Part shown: positions 1 to 15,033 of the stretch, piece after piece
How the letters are laid out: each line of letters begins with the position of its first letter
How positions within the stretch are numbered: position 1 is the stretch's first letter
Assembly (NCBI GenBank): GCA_951406725.2
Contig: OX597837.1
Coordinates: 45,260,001 to 45,324,000 of the forward strand
DNA from: Octopus vulgaris
Taxonomy: Eukaryota
Length of the DNA stretch: 64,000 bases
Direction of reading: 5' to 3'
Notes under the pieces: generated by a model
What the model was told of the DNA's origin: nothing
What the model saw: only the letters and a program-made list of their open reading frames with translations
Database searches by the model: none
Translations under genes and position numbers: made by a program

Positions 1-63
1 TTGTATGTACATATACAGGCGTGTATATGTGTGTGTGTATACCTATATATATACATATATCTG

Positions 64-135
<72 letters not shown>

Positions 136-800
136 TATACGTATGGATATATGTGTGTGTGGGTGTACATAAGGAAATGTCTACAGTTATGGCAAAAACG
201 ACGTAACTTTCAGAAAGTCGTTCACATCTATGCTAAGAACATTCTAAACCAAAACGTATGCAAGACTCGTGTGTCTTGTTTGGAATTTGTGTTCTTTAAA
301 GCCACCTGCCTACGATCATAAATCCCTAAATTTATGAAATATTGTAACTGCTTAATGTTTTTAAATCCCCCAGAGATTTTCTCTGAAATTTTACAATGAC
401 AAAAACTTTGCTATTAATAATTATTCTGTAGATATTAATTATTATTTAATAATCTCATTGGCTATTTGCGATACCAGTGCAGGAATAGACGCTGAGATTC
501 TATACATTGCTGACGGGGAATGGGTTGCTATATCTAGCGAAATATCTGTCATTGACAAGGCCAAGGAAGGTCGATATCATGTGAATTGGCGGTTCCTGAG
601 GCCTCAGCGTACGTTTATCGGCTGCTAGGGATATAAACACGCGTGCTTTTATGCACCACAAGTCAATAAGAGGGAACTTCTTATAGTAAATAAAGCAGTG
701 TTCTTTGGTTCTAACATAACATCTACTTTTATGTGGGTCATAAATATTATTTTCTGGCACTAATACTGCCTCTGCAGCAGTTAATTATATATATATACAC

Positions 801-809
801 TGATAGATG

Positions 810-876
<67 letters not shown>

Positions 877-905
877 GGATGGATAGATAGATAGATAGAT
901 AGATG

Positions 906-968
<63 letters not shown>

Positions 969-975
969 GGATATG

Positions 976-1038
<63 letters not shown>

Positions 1039-1055
1039 GGATAGATAGATAGATA
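801..1055. repeat. (GATA)n microsatellite
   Basis: Direct reading. Confidence 0.98.
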
Positions 1056-1191
1056 GGTATGTGTATAAGAATGTATGTATGTACATATATGTGTAAGCAT
1101 GTATGTACGTATATATATATATATCTATATATATATATATATATACAGATCCATTTTTATGCATATATGTGTATGTATATGTGCATGTATT

Positions 1192-1248
<57 letters not shown>

Positions 1249-2034
1249 GTGGGGTGTGTATATATTTATATATGTATATATATTCAGTGAGAGGAACAGG
1301 AAGAGAATTATTAAGATAATTATATTCACACGCATGTATGTATCACTTTCAGTACAGTCCTGTATGTGTCCATGTGTGCACATCTCCAATTCATATGTCT
1401 ATGTATACACACACAAATGTGCGTGCGTGCACATTTGTGCATATGTATGTGCGTGCGTGTGTGTGCGTGTGTGTCTGTGTGTCTATGTATTTCCATTTCG
1501 GGATGCCTTATATCGCCAGCGAAGGAGTAAGTGCTGTGTCTGTGGCGATGTTGATACAGAAGCCATAGTCGTGTGTCTGTAATCTCAATATGAAATGACT
1601 ATATTTTTCTTTCAAGTACGCTGGGAACATTGATATTAATTATTATCTTTCAGAGATTGTATTAGCAAAGGCGCCGTGTCTTAATGTATAATGTATCCAG
1701 TTTAGCACGCTTGTATATCTAACCTATACTTTTAATTAGCTTAGTGAATACACGCACACAGGCACGCACGCATGCACACACACACGTGCACATACATGCA
1801 TAGATACACGCACGCACAGACGCGCGCACGCACACACTTATATATATGCATATATGTGTGTGCTTATGTTTATGTATATACACACATATATATATATATA
1901 CATATATGTATGTGAAATGGATTCTCTCTGAGCATGTGTTGGTGTATAAATATATATTTGTGCGTGTACATGTATACATACATATTTATATATGCGTGTG
2001 TTCGCGAGACTGTCTACGCGTGATTACATTTGCT

Positions 2035-2075
<41 letters not shown>

Positions 2076-2199
2076 GCAAATGTATAAACGTATATATATA
2101 TAAACCCGCACGCAGATGTATAAATGCAAATGTATATATATACATGCATATATACACATACATACAAAGAGAGAGAAGGAGAGAGAGAGATTGATAGCT

Positions 2200-3279
2200 A
2201 TATCAGGTCATCCCATAAGTAATGTCTGTATTTTAAATAAGTAAAAATGATCAAATCTTACATTTTAATGAAACCTAATCGTCAATATAGTTTCCATGGT
2301 TATAGATGACATCTTTCCATCCACTCGTAAGCTTTTCAATGCCACCAATGAAAGCCTCTTTTGGTTTCGAAGAGAAGACCTCTGCAAAGGTCAGTCTCGA
2401 CCTCGTCAGTTGTTTCGAGGGCTAATCCATCCAAATGATTCTGTAAACTACAGAACAAGCTGTAATCCGAAGGAGCAAGGTTTGGGGAATAAAGGTGGAC
2501 GAGCAATTTTCTCTTAGCAAAGTTCCTCGATCTTCTGTGACGTTATCTTTGCAGTGTGAGGTATTGCGCCGTCCTGTTGAAACACTATTTCCTTTCGATT
2601 CACTAAAGTGGATTTTTTTTTCTTCAAAGCAGTATTCAAACGCTCTAGTTGCTGACACTTGATTTGAGCATTAATTGACGTTTTGGTTGATAGCAACTCT
2701 TGACTCTTTTGCAATCCCACCAGAGACAAGAACCTTCTTTGCATAGGGTTCCCTTTTCGGTTGTGGATTTGCCTTTTCGCCTTCACCAAACCAATGTCTA
2801 CGACGCTTAACATTTTGATGAAAGACCCCATTTATCATCACCGGTAACAAGTCTGTACAAAACCGACTATACGAGTTCATGGAAACGAAGAGCAGAGCAG
2901 GTGTCCTCTCGGGATTTGTGGTTGGCTGTAGACAAATCATGAGACATCCATTTTCCGAGTTTTGGGACCTTTGCAAGTTGTTGAAGATGACCGTGAAACG
3001 AAGCTTGCTTGCCAATTCTTCAACTAGAACTGCATGATCGATTTCAAGTTCTGCCAAAAAGATTTTGTCATCAAACTCAATTGGACGTCTTGTTTGAGCC
3101 TCATCTTCAAGGCTGAAATCTCCACTTCTGAATTTTACAAAACATCTTCAGCGAGTTCTTTCATTCATGCACTCATCTCCATAAGCTGAATAAATATTTC
3201 AAGTCACTTCAGTCGCAGACTTCTCTTTTTTAAACTCATAAAGTATTATGTGCATCAAATGCTCCTTTCACACTTCCAT
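2200..3279 (-). mobile_element. Degenerate mariner transposon (transposase pseudogene with one TIR-like end)
   Basis: Frameshifted translation: MEV..HIILYEFKK..FRSGDFSLEDE..RPIEFDD, LVNRKEIVFQQDGAIPHTA, ending WKDVIYNHGNYIDD* (2275). TIR-like tatcaggtcatcccataag at about 2200. Confidence 0.88.
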
Positions 3280-3577
3280 ATTTAAATTGTTATAATTGAT
3301 GAAATTTCAATTGAATTATCTTGCAAAATGAAATTTAACTAGTTTAAATATGTCCAAATACATACAAATATTACTTGATGCCACTGGGTATTCTAAAATA
3401 CTCTATAAGCGTTCACAAATTGAAAATATAGAAGTCCAGACATTACTTATTAGATGGCCTGATAGATATTGATCTAAAGATAAACAGAATAACAGACAGA
3501 CCGACAGACAGAAGACCAGGGAGGTTGGCAGACAGGCAAGCATACAGACACAGGTAAACAGGTGTGTGTATATATAC

Positions 3578-3638
<61 letters not shown>

Positions 3639-4244
3639 TGTGTGCATACATATATATACATATGCACATATGTATATACACACACTTATATATTTAAATA
3701 TCCACACATACACACATAGATAAATAAAATTATCCCTTTCCTATGTGATCCAACTTGATAAGGACCAGTGAGAGCAAGTCAGTCACGGAATTCACGGCCC
3801 TTCTCCACTAAGCGCCGAAGTGTTTCATGCGTTCTTAAACTTGATGCTTGCATGGGGGGGGGCACAGAAATTCGAGTGAAAAGCAGGACTGAGTGGAATT
3901 TGTATACGCGATACCAGTACTGATACCCGCCGGCTGAATCTGAGACCATTACAGTGGTGTTACATTATGACACTGAGACATTAAGACACTCAGACCATTA
4001 CAGTGCTACATTCAGACACTGAGACGACTCGCCGAAATTTATATTTCACCACTGAAGCGACCTTCGTTTCCTACCGAGCGTTAACCTTGCAGTGCCATGA
4101 GCCCTTTTCCCTGGAAGCCAGTAATACATAACAGAGCGTCTTCCCTGCTCCACACATTAGGAAAATTATCACATTTTGTGCATCATCTTCGACAAGACAG
4201 ACCCGAAGAAAGTATATTAGTCCCCCTACATGAGGGGCACCGTC

Positions 4245-4880
4245 TCGTCTGAGATTGACTTAACACAACGAATCGATATTTGTGATATGTATTACAAACG
4301 CAGTGGAATAGATCTTTTTTGAAATGAATTATCACTAGTGATGAAAAGTGGATTGTCTACAATAACATCAATCAAAAGCGATCATGGTCCAAGCGTAATG
4401 AACCACCAGAAACCCCATGGAAAGCTAATTTGCACCAAAAAAATATCATACTGTCAATTTGGTGGGATTACAAAGGCGTTGTGAAGTTTTGGGAACCAAA
4501 ACGATCAATTCAGATGTTTATTGTCAACACCAAATGAAATAGGAGGAAGCAATCAAAGGAAAACGGCCAGAATTGACAAATCGTAAAGGAATCGTTTTTC
4601 ACCGTGACAACACCAGCCCACACACGTCTTTTATAACTCGAGAAAAATTATTGGAGCTTGGTTGGAAAGTGATGTCACATTCACCATATAGCCCTGACCT
4701 TGCACCATCAGATTACCATTTATTTCGAAGTTTGCAAAATTCTTTGAATGGTAAAACTTTCAATAATGGTGAGGAACTGAAATCGTACTTGCTTCAGATT
4801 TTGGCTGATAAGGATCAGAAATTCCATGAGCGCGGAATCATGACGTTGCCAGGAAGATGGCAAAATGTTATCGAACGATA
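4245..4880 (+). mobile_element. Mariner transposase relic (catalytic domain)
   Basis: IITSDEKWIVYNN, LSIWWDYKGVV, GIVFHRDNTSPH, HSPYSPDLAPSDYHLFRSLQN: DD34D mariner motifs, with stops and frameshifts upstream. Confidence 0.92.
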
Positions 4881-4885
4881 CATGT

Positions 4886-5079
4886 TGGTACCAGCATGGC
4901 TGGAAATACGAGTCAAAGCGACTCAATGGCCGCAAAAAGCAATTTGTAAGTTGACGAAGGGGACAAAACTCCCAAATGTAGTGAGACAATAGGAAATTTT
5001 GTCTCCCTCGTCAACTTACGAAGTGCTTTCTGTGGCAAAGGAGTTGTTTTAACTCTTATTTCTAGCAAAGCTGGAACCA
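4886..5079. mobile_element. Foldback/MITE-like imperfect palindrome (about 95-bp arms)
   Basis: tggtaccagcatggctggaaatacgagtc...gtaagttgacgaaggggacaaaa is mirrored by ttttgtctccctcgtcaacttac...aactcttatttctagcaaagctggaacca. It replaces the mariner 3' end. Confidence 0.75.
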
Positions 5080-5112
5080 CTAAATATCGTTGTCATTTAG
5101 TAACGTTTATAA

Positions 5113-5268
<156 letters not shown>

Positions 5269-5279
5269 TATATGGTTAT

Positions 5280-5328
<49 letters not shown>

Positions 5329-6530
5329 GTTATGTATGTGTGTATATATATATATGAATGCATACACACACACGCACACTCGAGATTCCGCTATGTTGAG
5401 TTCTATTTCCCCCAAGCATTCATTGTTGCCACAGATTTTAATTTACTCATAATTAATTGTTGAATGCACTCAATGAAAATTATCTCGTCTGTAAATGAAC
5501 TAAGCTGCATTTTGTACACCACGTGATTTTCCGTTGAAATGATGAACGTGTTTAAGGAAACGCGCATATTTTGCAGATATACACCCACACACACGCGCAT
5601 ATATATATGTATATGCATATGGATATTATATGTGTGTATGTATGTGTGTACCGAAAAAGAGAATAACTATGTATATATGCATGCATATATATATATATAT
5701 ATATACATACATACATATAATATATATGTATAATAACATATTTATATATATATACATTTACATATATATATATATATACCCTCGTATGTATGTACCTGTC
5801 TTTGCTTGCATGTGTGTAAACGTTATCATTAATCCTGTTTTACATACTATATTATGATGTCACACTCGATATGTGTCTGTGTGTATGTATTTATATATGT
5901 GTATGTGTATAGATATATAGATATACTTACCTACACGCATATATATTTATAAATATATGTATATTCGCATATATATGCACACACAACTACACACACACAC
6001 ATACACACACATATATATATATAGGTCCATATGTATGTTCGTACACTTAAGGATCTATAATCACACAAGCCAAGCCCATACATACACAAGCATTCAGATC
6101 CACGCAGAAAACTTTTTTTGCCAAATTCTCAATTAAATTAATCTATATGTTCATTTTGCTTTTATTTCTATATTTATTTTCCTTTTTCCTTAATGGAAAA
6201 TATAACATATATTGCATCTTACAATATCGCTGGAAACTTGATTCAACAGTGTTTTCTTTTCTCTGCGAATAAGCAAATTTTCTAGTTGCCGAAGCAAGCA
6301 GCTGCTCTGATAACTGTAAATGGTAACTTGTGCGGGTTCAATATATCTTAAACATTTCTAAAGCTAAACAAACACACACACAGACACATACTGACCATTT
6401 CCACACTTCCTTGTCTCAGAAAGCACTCTCTTTTCATTCGTTCTACCGCTGGTCACTTCAAAAATGTAACCGCATGTCATGGTTGGTAATTTTTTTTTTT
6501 CCTTCGTCTAGGACTTTCCTGTTTTTTCTC

Positions 6531-6564
6531 TTTCCGGAGAAGAGCGTTGCTCGAAACGTAAAAC
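6531..6564 (+). ncRNA. Minimal hammerhead-ribozyme-like motif (variant core CCGGAGA)
   Basis: ttt CCGGAGA a GAGC gtt GCTC GAAA CGTA aaa: stem II perfect, ACGU palindromic stem III. It lies in a short repeat ending at (TA)n. Confidence 0.55.
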
Positions 6565-7167
6565 TACAACTCTTTTCCTTCTCTGAGTGTCTTACTAATA
6601 CATTATTTGTGCTACGTCCACACGTTCGTTCGTTTGTTTTCTTTTACCTTTTCCCTTTGTTTTATTGAATATATATATATATAAGATGTAAAATTCAGTT
6701 CAATTCTGACGAATTAAAATATAAGTAAGCTTCTGTTGAATTCGGTACCTGTTGAGGCACACAACACACAAAAATATTATATAAATATCAACCTTGGTAC
6801 ATGAGTACCATCTGAGTGATATTTTTGCAGTGCATGCAGACAATGAGACTCCGCTGAGTATATAATCCACTCTTGAGCTATTCAGACATGTTCATTTTAT
6901 TAAATAAACAGTCTATAATATACCTCAGAATTTGCGATGCGCATGTTCAGAGATAGGCAAATAAAATATAAATAAGTAACAATTGAATGACAGATGTCAT
7001 TATATCATTATAAAGAAACCGTTTCCTTCATATGAATACGTGAATTTTACAATGAAGGACATTCAAAATGATTTAACATAGTTTAAATCCACAGAGCAAA
7101 ACATTTTCAATGATTTTGCTACTATTTCAGTCTGGCCGCAATGAATTGACACCTGTCCCTCAGTTGT

Positions 7168-7246
<79 letters not shown>

Positions 7247-7362
7247 AGTGTGTAGGGATAAAATTATCCAGGCGGGTACCGTGGTAGCTCTTAGGTATAC
7301 TCCAAGTTACGGCTAACGGCATCAAGTAGTACTAATGATCGCTAAGTATATATATATATATC

Positions 7363-7706
7363 GGCGCAGGCGTGGCTGTGTGGTAAGAAGCTTGCGTAGC
7401 ACCTTGGGCAAGCCTTCTGACTGGATTTAGTAGACAGAAACTGAAAGAAGCCCTTTTGTATATATGCATATAAATGTATATGTTTGTGTGCCCGTGTTTG
7501 TCCCCGCACCCCACCCCACTTGACCATCGCTTGACAACCGATGCTGGTTTGTTTACGTCCCCGTAACATAACGGTTCGGCAAAGAAGAACCCGACAGAAT
7601 ATGTACTAGGCTTACAAAGAATAAGTCCTGGGGGCGATTTCTTCGACTAAAGGCGGTGCTCCATCATGGGCGCAGTCGAATGACTGAAGCAAGAAAAACA
7701 ATAAAA
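7363..7706 (+). mobile_element. tRNA-derived SINE family A (internally deleted copy)
   Basis: ggcgcaggcgtggctgtgtggtaag head, ccttgggcaag, internal microsatellite, 3' module cttgacaaccgatgctgg...gactgaagcaag. Confidence 0.85.
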
Positions 7707-7843
7707 TATATGCAAGCCATTGCACTAGAACTGTAAAAGTTTTAGAAAGTTTCTGCATTGCTAGAAGCCTTCTCATTCCTCAAAAAACTTCATTGATATA
7801 TATACATATATTGATACACACACAAACACACACACACACACAT

Positions 7844-7898
<55 letters not shown>

Positions 7899-8306
7899 CG
7901 TACATTAATACACACACACACACACACACACACACCACGTATTTAGACAGAAATGCAATCATATTTATGATTATATTCCCTTTCGCCATTAGACATATCG
8001 GTGTCACCAGGCTATTATTAATATATCATTTATCATATGCCAGATTTGACATTGATAAAACATTTTGCCGGGGAGAATATATTTCATATTTTACACATAA
8101 TTTCGTTGAATATTGTTGACTTATCAACAATTGACGTTTCTATAATGATGAGGTGAATCTTTCAATGGAATATTGCTCTCGCGTCTAGGATGAAGCTGCG
8201 GCTGCGCACACAGTCATCTTAGACAACATCCTGCAAAGGAGCTGCCATCCGTCTGATCGACTGAAGCCTCTTCTTTGTCTCCTCTCTGAAGTTTCCTCAG
8301 TTACTA

Positions 8307-8801
8307 TACTCTTTATTCTCTCTTTTATTTGTTTCAGTCATTTGACTGCGGCCATGCTGGAGCACCGCCTTTAGTCGAGCAAATCAACCCCAGAGCTTAT
8401 TCTTTGTAAGCCCAGTACTTATTCTATCGGTCTCTTTTGCCGAACCACTATGTGACGGGGACGCAAACACACCATTATCGGTTGTCAAGCGATGTTGTGG
8501 AGGGGACAAACATATACACACACATACATACATACATACATACATACATACAAACATACATACATACATACACACATACATACATATACATATATACATA
8601 CATAATACATACATACATACATACATATAGATATATACGACGGGCTTCTTTCAGTTTCCGTCTACCAAATCCACTCACAAGGCTTTAGTCGGCCCGAGGC
8701 TATAGTAGAAGACACTTTCCCAAAGTGCCACGCAGTGGGACTGAACCCGGAACCATGTGGTTCGTAAGCGAGCTACTTACCACGCAGCCACTCTTACGTC
8801 T
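8307..8801 (-). mobile_element. tRNA-derived SINE family A, full length
   Basis: A-box-like TGGCTGCGTGG and B-box-like GGTTCAGTCCC on the minus strand, internal (TATG)n, conserved 3' module. Confidence 0.9.
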
Positions 8802-9350
8802 ATCCTGAGATATGTTCCTTAGATCTATTTCAGATGCAATATATTCCCATATTCCTTTTTCTCGGTCGATGGAAACCCGCTATTCCATATATCAACCAGA
8901 GCTTTCATCAGCTTCTACTTTGAGGACAAACTGAAAAACCTCTACTCAGTTTCAGAGGGAAAGACTTCTCCATTTTCCCCTTGCACTTTCTTCGATAAAA
9001 TTCTGTTATATCTCTATCTTCGATAAGATTCTGTGTTATATCTCTATCTTCGATAAGATTCTGTGTCATATCTCTAACACATTTTTCTAAGAATTGATCC
9101 ATATTCAAAATTACTTTTTGGCAAACAACACTAGCTAAAAATGTCCTGCTGTTGTTGCAACTTTCGTAATTGGTGACTGTTTTTGAAATAGTAATATTTT
9201 CTTTTATCCTCTAGTGAAAGTATCTATGTTTGCTTGTTAAAATCATATCATCTGTATATTCTATTTCCCAACTTTTTCTTTTTCTTGAATTCCTGTTCTT
9301 GTTAATAAAGTTTTCGAAAACGTTTTGAAACATCGTAGCGAAATGTATAC
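8802..9350 (-). mobile_element. Decayed LINE reverse-transcriptase fragment with an internal 33-bp tandem duplication
   Basis: WEIEYTDDMIL is YADD-like; ttctgtgttatatctctatcttcgataaga is repeated at about 9001-9075. Confidence 0.5.
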
Positions 9351-9397
9351 CAGGCGAAGAATAATGTGTGTTGTACAAGTGAGTAATAAGATGTATG

Positions 9398-9452
<55 letters not shown>

Positions 9453-9585
9453 AGATATTTGATGACAATACTTTTTTCCACCACAACGAAAGCAAATGGA
9501 TCCTGATGTGTGTCAAAGCAATACCGTGAAGAGTTTTGTTATTGATGTATTATCATAGCAAAAACGAGAACAAGAACAATAAATT

Positions 9586-9674
<89 letters not shown>

Positions 9675-9688
9675 TTAGATAGATAGAG

Positions 9689-9777
<89 letters not shown>

Positions 9778-9900
9778 AGGACAGACGGACGGACGTACAG
9801 ACAAACAGGCAAGTTGATGGGGGATTGATTGATGGATTGATGGATGGATGGATGGAGGGACGGACGGACGGACGGACGGACGGACGGACGGACGGATGGA
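9586..9900. repeat. Compound (GATA)(GACA)(GGAT)(GGAC) microsatellite
   Basis: Direct reading. Confidence 0.97.
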
Positions 9901-10150
9901 GTGAGGAATGGGTGGATGAATGAATGTATGGATGGACAGATAGACAAGCGGACGAACGGACGTACAGGCAGGCAGACAGACAAGTAGATGGACGAATTCC
10001 CCTTCACCGTTTTCTATCCGTTTCTTTCCTTCTTTACTCTCTCCCGTTGCGCACACGTGACCATTGTCCATCTTTCTGTTCCTCACGTGGTCATCTTTCT
10101 TTTCCTTCAAGGCTGTCGTAAATACTGCACGTATCCCATCACTCACTCAC

Positions 10151-10202
<52 letters not shown>

Positions 10203-10626
10203 ATCTTTTCTCTTGTCAAAGAAAATATTTCTCCAGCATTCGCTATTTTTACCTTCGTCTGGTCTAACGACCCTCCATGTTTGTTCTCGTTCGGATGTGA
10301 ACTATCTCGGCAGATGAAGTTACTGAGCCAGTGGCGAATCTCACTTGATGCTGAGCGGATGAACAGACAACATACAAAAATGAAGAGGAAAGAAGGGAGA
10401 TGAGAAAGGAAACAGAAGAAAACGGGAAAAAAGAAAAGGGATAAAAGAAAAGCGTGGGAAACAGTAAAAGAAGATGGAGCAGGGTTAAAATCCGGAAGAT
10501 GGCAGGAAGGGTGGTGTGCCACATATCCCAGAAAAAGTGCCTGCTCAACCGCGTCCTGAGGACACGACCGCGAAGGCGTTGCCGCGAAGAATGGCCAGCG
10601 ACACTCGCTGCGGCAGCCACTCCAAT

Positions 10627-10920
10627 GCCTTGTGAGTGGATTTGGTAGACGGAAACTGAAAGAAGCCTGTCGTATATATGTATATATATATAAGTGTGTG
10701 TGTATATGTTTGTGTGTATGTTTTGTCCCCCTAGCATTGCTTGACAACCGATGCTGGTGTGTTTATGTCCCCCGTCACTTAGCGGTTCGGCAAAAGAGAC
10801 CGATAGAATAAGTACTGGGCTTACAAAGAATAAGTCCCGGGGTCGATTTGCTTGACTAAAGGCGGTGCTCCAGCATGGCCGCAGTCAAATGACTGAAACA
10901 AGTAAAAGAGTAAAAGAGTA
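10627..10920 (+). mobile_element. SINE family A, 5'-truncated
   Basis: gccttgtgagtggatttggtagacgg...gactgaaacaagtaaaagagtaaaagag tail. Confidence 0.88.
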
Positions 10921-11384
10921 TAGATCTTTAAAGAAATGATAACAATGATAATAGACGCTAGAGGTAAATGCAACACACATCTCCTAAAAGGTTGTTTAAT
11001 GTAATTAAGAGAAAAGTAAAGGGATGAAAACGGGATCACCTGTTCAGTTTGTAACAAGCGATGTTATTTCTATGACAATGGCTGATGGCGTCAGAATGAT
11101 GAGGGAAAAATTGGTGATGCCAACTTCGAAACAACTCGCCGACCCTGAAGGAAAATGAAGGAGGAATTACAATGAAGGAGGAATGAATCACGACGACATT
11201 AACAACAAGATCAACAAAGAGGAAAGTGACAAGAGAAATGGAAGTTTATTCAGGTTCGGTGAAGATTTCCTAAATTTGAGATTTCTAAAGTCAAGTTGCT
11301 GAACCATCGATGTGTACGATGAACAAGGGGAACAGCAGCAGCGATGTGTCAGCGTCACGGGCGGGTTGCTCTGTCACAACCACA

Positions 11385-11490
11385 ACCATCACAACCACAA
11401 CCACCACCACCACCACCACCACCTACACCACTTCCACCACTACTTAAACCACTTTCTTCACAATGAGAAGCAGCAGCATACCAACATTAA

Positions 11491-11556
<66 letters not shown>

Positions 11557-11615
11557 CACTACTACTGATACTACTACTTCTGCTGTTGCTGCTACTGCTA
11601 CTGTTGCTGCTGCTA
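11385..11615. repeat. (CAC)n/(ACT)n trinucleotide repeats
   Basis: Direct reading. Confidence 0.95.
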
Positions 11616-12623
11616 TAGACACCACTACAGAATATTGTAAAACTGGTTCAGACAGTTCAATTAATACTGGATTACAAGACGGCCATATTTCTTTGCTAAT
11701 ATCGGTTAAATAATTAAATAACTGTAAGTTACAATATGCATCACCACTAAACTTGGTCGTGTTGTGTCTTTAATGCATGCACAAGGCGAAAGATGGCGAA
11801 TAGATGGAGTCACAAAACTTTCGTCTCTCATGACAAATATTTATGAACAGCAGAAGTTTGGCTCGAAAACGATGCACGAACTCATATTATGGCCTTTCTG
11901 AAGGATGAAGAATTTTGGTAATTCTTTCCTTTAAAGAGAAAATATTGGCAAAAATGAAGGCAAAATGTGTATCCCCAGAAACAGACCTAGGGCGATTTTT
12001 AATCGTCATGATAGTTGGCGAAGAAGATGAGAAGAGCACCGTATTCATGGAAAAATTTCATTAGATCAAACGGTTTAATATTGGTTTGAGGGGTACCATA
12101 CAGATAGAACTTGTAAACATCGAAAAAGTACCCGGCCTTTTCATACTCTCAAACAGACAGAACGCTATTAAGTATCTTTTTAAAAAAACCGTTAGTAGAT
12201 CTGACGTCAAAGGCAGACACTAGGAAGAGAAGGGGGTAAAGAAATAATAAGTAGAGAACAAATAAAGAGGGATATATTGGTTGAAAAAGTGTTCAAAGGC
12301 TTAGAAGTAGATTTCTCTATTGAAGTAAAGTGCAAGGTGAACTAAATGTTCAAACTATAAAGACTGGTATAAAACACTTACATGAGCTAAAGGTGTGTTT
12401 CTGCCAGTGCTTACATTTGTAAGATCGCTCTATAGGTGTGTTAACAAGATGATTCTTAGAGAAGAGAATATGGAAGAGTTCAGAGTTGCTTATATTTCTG
12501 ATGAGAAGATTACATTATTTCACACCATTTATTCCTTTGGAATAAACCCAATGTTGTCTTCAAAACATATGTCGAAAGAAAAAGAATTTGAATAACACCT
12601 GCGTTCAACTCCATTTATTTACT

Positions 12624-12677
<54 letters not shown>

Positions 12678-13148
12678 GATATATGTATGTGTGTATATAT
12701 ATGTATGTATGTATATATATATGTATGCGTGTATATATATGTATGTATATATGTATATATATATATATATATATAGGTTTGTATATATATATGTATGGAT
12801 GTATGCATGTATATTTATATATATCTATATATAGAGAGAGATAGGTAGATATAGATATATGCATTTATACGCATAAATGTATAGTTATGTATATACATCT
12901 ATACATGTATGTGCGTGTGTATCTATATAAAAGTACACTCATATGGGGTTTTGTGCGTGTGTATGCGAAACTAGTAAAACTTTTCTGTCGTATTAAGTGG
13001 CAAAAACTATTTGAAATAAAAGATTTGTTTTCTGTCCATATTACTAATGTGTTTTATTACAGTCACATCACACATTCTAGGTACTGGTCAACCCGAAGCT
13101 ATAGCAGAGAACACCACACACAGACACATACACACACACACATACATG

Positions 13149-13187
<39 letters not shown>

Positions 13188-14079
13188 GCACACATACATG
13201 CACACGCACAACTTTATATATAACATATAAATATCATAAATAATACATACACACATCCATATACATCTATATAATTATATATAAGCATAATAAATATTGT
13301 ATATACATGTATGTATATATATATATGCATACGTATATAAATTTGTGTGTGTATGTGTATGTCTGAGTGTGTGTGCGTGTATATACATATATATGTATGT
13401 TTGTATATATATGTGTGTATGTATATATAGGTTTGTATATATGCATATATATATATATGTGTGTGTATGCGTGTATATATATGTATGCGTGTATATATAT
13501 GTGTATGTATATATATAGGTTTGTATATATGTATGATATATATATATATATGTGTGTGTGTAGGTGTGTAGACAGATAGATATATGTGTGTATGTATGCG
13601 TGAGTGTGTGCGTGTGTGTGTGCGTGTGTCTGTGTCAGTTGGCTGTGCGTAAAACACACATCTTAGATCTTGTTCTCTTCGTTATCATCAGAGAATGCAA
13701 TATGATTTAATCCTTTAGTGAAGTCTATTTTTTTTCTGCTTTTGTTTCTTGTGTCTTGTTCTGTTTTGTTTTCTTTGATGGGGTTTATTTTCCTTCTTTT
13801 TCGGTTTTCCTGAAGAATATATTCAAAAACACAAGTTGCTGAGTGCACACATATGAATGCGTCTGTGTGTGCATACGTGTGTGTGTGTGTGTGTGTCTAT
13901 AAGTGTATATATACATGCACATATATATATGTATATATATATGTACATATATACATAGAAAGTATATCATATGTTTATATATATACATATATATATATAT
14001 AGTACATATGATATATATATATATATACATATGCATATATATATATGTATATATATACATGCATGTATATACATGTATA

Positions 14080-14126
<47 letters not shown>

Positions 14127-14686
14127 GCAGTTACACAGACAAATAGATGGATAGATGAATAGATAGAGTGATAGATAGATTGATAGATAGTTGTATACAT
14201 ACATTAGCATATGTATATCGAAATTCGCCTCGGTGTATATTGTGTAGGAAGCTATGAATATTGTGTATGTATATACGTAAGTATGTATGGATTTATGTAT
14301 GTATATATGCATGTATATGTTAGTGTGAGTGTATGCACACGTTTCCATGTTATACGAACGTAATAAAAGCATGCATATATGTATGTATGTATGTACGTAT
14401 GTATGTATGTATGTATGTATGTATGTATGTATGTATGTATGTATGCATGTATGTATGTGAGTACGACATGCATTTTTTATAATTCATAAAGATATCGACA
14501 TTTGTCTGTGCATTGGTGTCTGTGTGGCTAACCCTCACAGTCCTGTATATGTATCTATATGCATTCATCAATAAATATGCATGTATGCATATATGTGTGT
14601 GTTTATGTACGTATATTTACATGCATACATACGTACATATATATACATATGCTTATATGTATATATGTATGTGAGTGTATGTATAT

Positions 14687-14719
<33 letters not shown>

Positions 14720-14818
14720 GTATGCATATATATTTGTTTATATATACATATGTAGGTATATATGTATTTATGAATGTTTGTATGCACTTATATGCATATG
14801 CTTAGATATATACATATG

Positions 14819-14856
<38 letters not shown>

Positions 14857-14976
14857 TATACATATGTATATATCTAAGCATATGCATATAAGTGCATACA
14901 AACATATATATATATGCCTGTATATATACATATATATATATGCCTGTATATATACATATATGTATGTCTGTATATT

Positions 14977-15033
<57 letters not shown>

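Noticed and set aside
10480-10626. GC-rich segment fused to SINE A; similar segments at 8150-8290 and 44540-44720
   Set aside because: Most likely decayed LINE ORF C-terminal fragments, too degenerate to call confidently.
11312-11713. Poly-His/poly-Thr ORF
   Set aside because: Trinucleotide repeats with no domain and no clear splice context.
11790-12560. Long non-microsatellite stretch with coding-like composition
   Set aside because: No sustained open frame and no motif I recognise; probably an ancient element.
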